From Pocillopora damicornis (taxonomy: Eukaryota): a DNA stretch of 64,000 nt. Positions 63,085 through 64,000 of the stretch are shown here, piece by piece. Each line of letters opens with the position of its first letter. Positions within the stretch are counted from its first letter, which is position 1. A model generated the notes under the pieces. That model had not been told where the DNA came from and did no database searches. It saw only the letters and a program-made list of their open reading frames with translations. A program made the position numbers and the translations under genes. The stretch spans positions 124,001-188,000 of the forward strand of contig NW_020844827.1 of the NCBI RefSeq assembly GCF_003704095.1, in the 5' to 3' direction.

Positions 63085-63674
63085 GCAAGTATTTGTTGTA
63101 AATTGTTATCCTAGGATAAAAAAAAGAAATTTATTGAATCTTTTGAAGTCCTTCTGTTAACATTGAGTAACTCCCCTCAACAGCTACAATACATTTGTCA
63201 CAAGTGAGCTGATAGAATCTTGTTCTATGTTAAAAATAACACCATCTTACTAATAAGTTTGTTTTTCTCATTTCAAGTCAGTTGGATTATGTACAGAGGA
63301 TTAACTTCATGACCAATTTTTATTCTTCTTTGGTACAAAATTTTAAGTATATCCTCTCCTTGTGGTCCAAAATTAACCTTCCAATATATACATATATGTA
63401 TATAACACATTGTTTAAACAATTTTGACATATGCTTAGATGATATCACCATAAACAACATTTTGCTTTTTTATCATACAAATTAAATAAATTCCATGCTA
63501 TGCTGGGTAAGAATAGAAATAGTTCACACAAGATGTCAAAATGTGATAAAAATGTGATAAAAATGTTATTTATACACTTACATGGTGGCTCTTCATGGGC
63601 CACTTTTTTGTTCTAACCACATTTTCTGAGATCTATTAGTGAACAGACATACGGCAGCATGGAATCTATTTGTT

Positions 63675-63872
63675 TAACTCCCAGATCAAATTTGTAATTC
63701 TCCTTACTGTCAACCATACAATTCATATATTGTTCAGAGAATTTAGTATTGGATCAACTAATTATCCCCAAATTGATATTTTTCTCTATTCTTGTCACTT
63801 ATCTGGTTGATATTGTATTGATATTGTAAGGAGAAATTCAGTCTTGGTCACTGATGGGAGTTAAAGGGTTAA
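63675..63872. mobile_element. TTAA-flanked MITE (piggyBac-like)
   Basis: ttaactccc...gggagttaaagggttaa; same subfamily as 27343. Confidence 0.7.
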
Positions 63873-64000
63873 TTATATGTATGTATAACTTTTGCAACAT
63901 CATCATTGTGGTCATTGTTATCATTATCATCATCATCAGCTTCAAAATATGGTGTCTATTATAAAAAGAAAAATAATTAATGTTACTCTTCCATTTTAGA

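Overview
Eukaryotic, AT-rich, intron-containing draft scaffold with many N gaps. The gene content and repeat families look like a stony coral or other anthozoan (inference, not proven). Genes reconstructed by hand from GT-AG sites and reading frame, in order: (1) the 3' part of a CAMSAP/Patronin gene with a C-terminal CKK domain and a 4,716-nt in-frame giant exon carrying about 15 copies of an unrecognised ~33-aa repeat; (2) a 61-aa MGNYCC micro-ORF; (3) a secreted protein with two Cys-rich DUF4773-like domains; (4) a candidate Pol III ncRNA with an RNase P/MRP-like P4 helix; (5) an intronless AAC4-like gene; (6) a signal-peptide + thioredoxin-like + JmjC gene; (7) an intronless cGAS-like receptor (Mab-21 nucleotidyltransferase); (8) dynactin p62 (DCTN4); (9) an intronless membrane-anchored nucleoside-hydrolase-like ORF; (10) a calcineurin-B/CHP-like EF-hand gene; (11) a head-to-head pair of ELOVL elongase paralogues; (12) the 5' part of a PDZ(-LIM)-type gene with two identical CArG boxes. 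Introns carry many TTAA-flanked MITEs, tRNA-derived SINEs, foldback elements, a LINE 3' fragment and two minisatellites. All family calls come from motif recognition by eye; no database searches were run.
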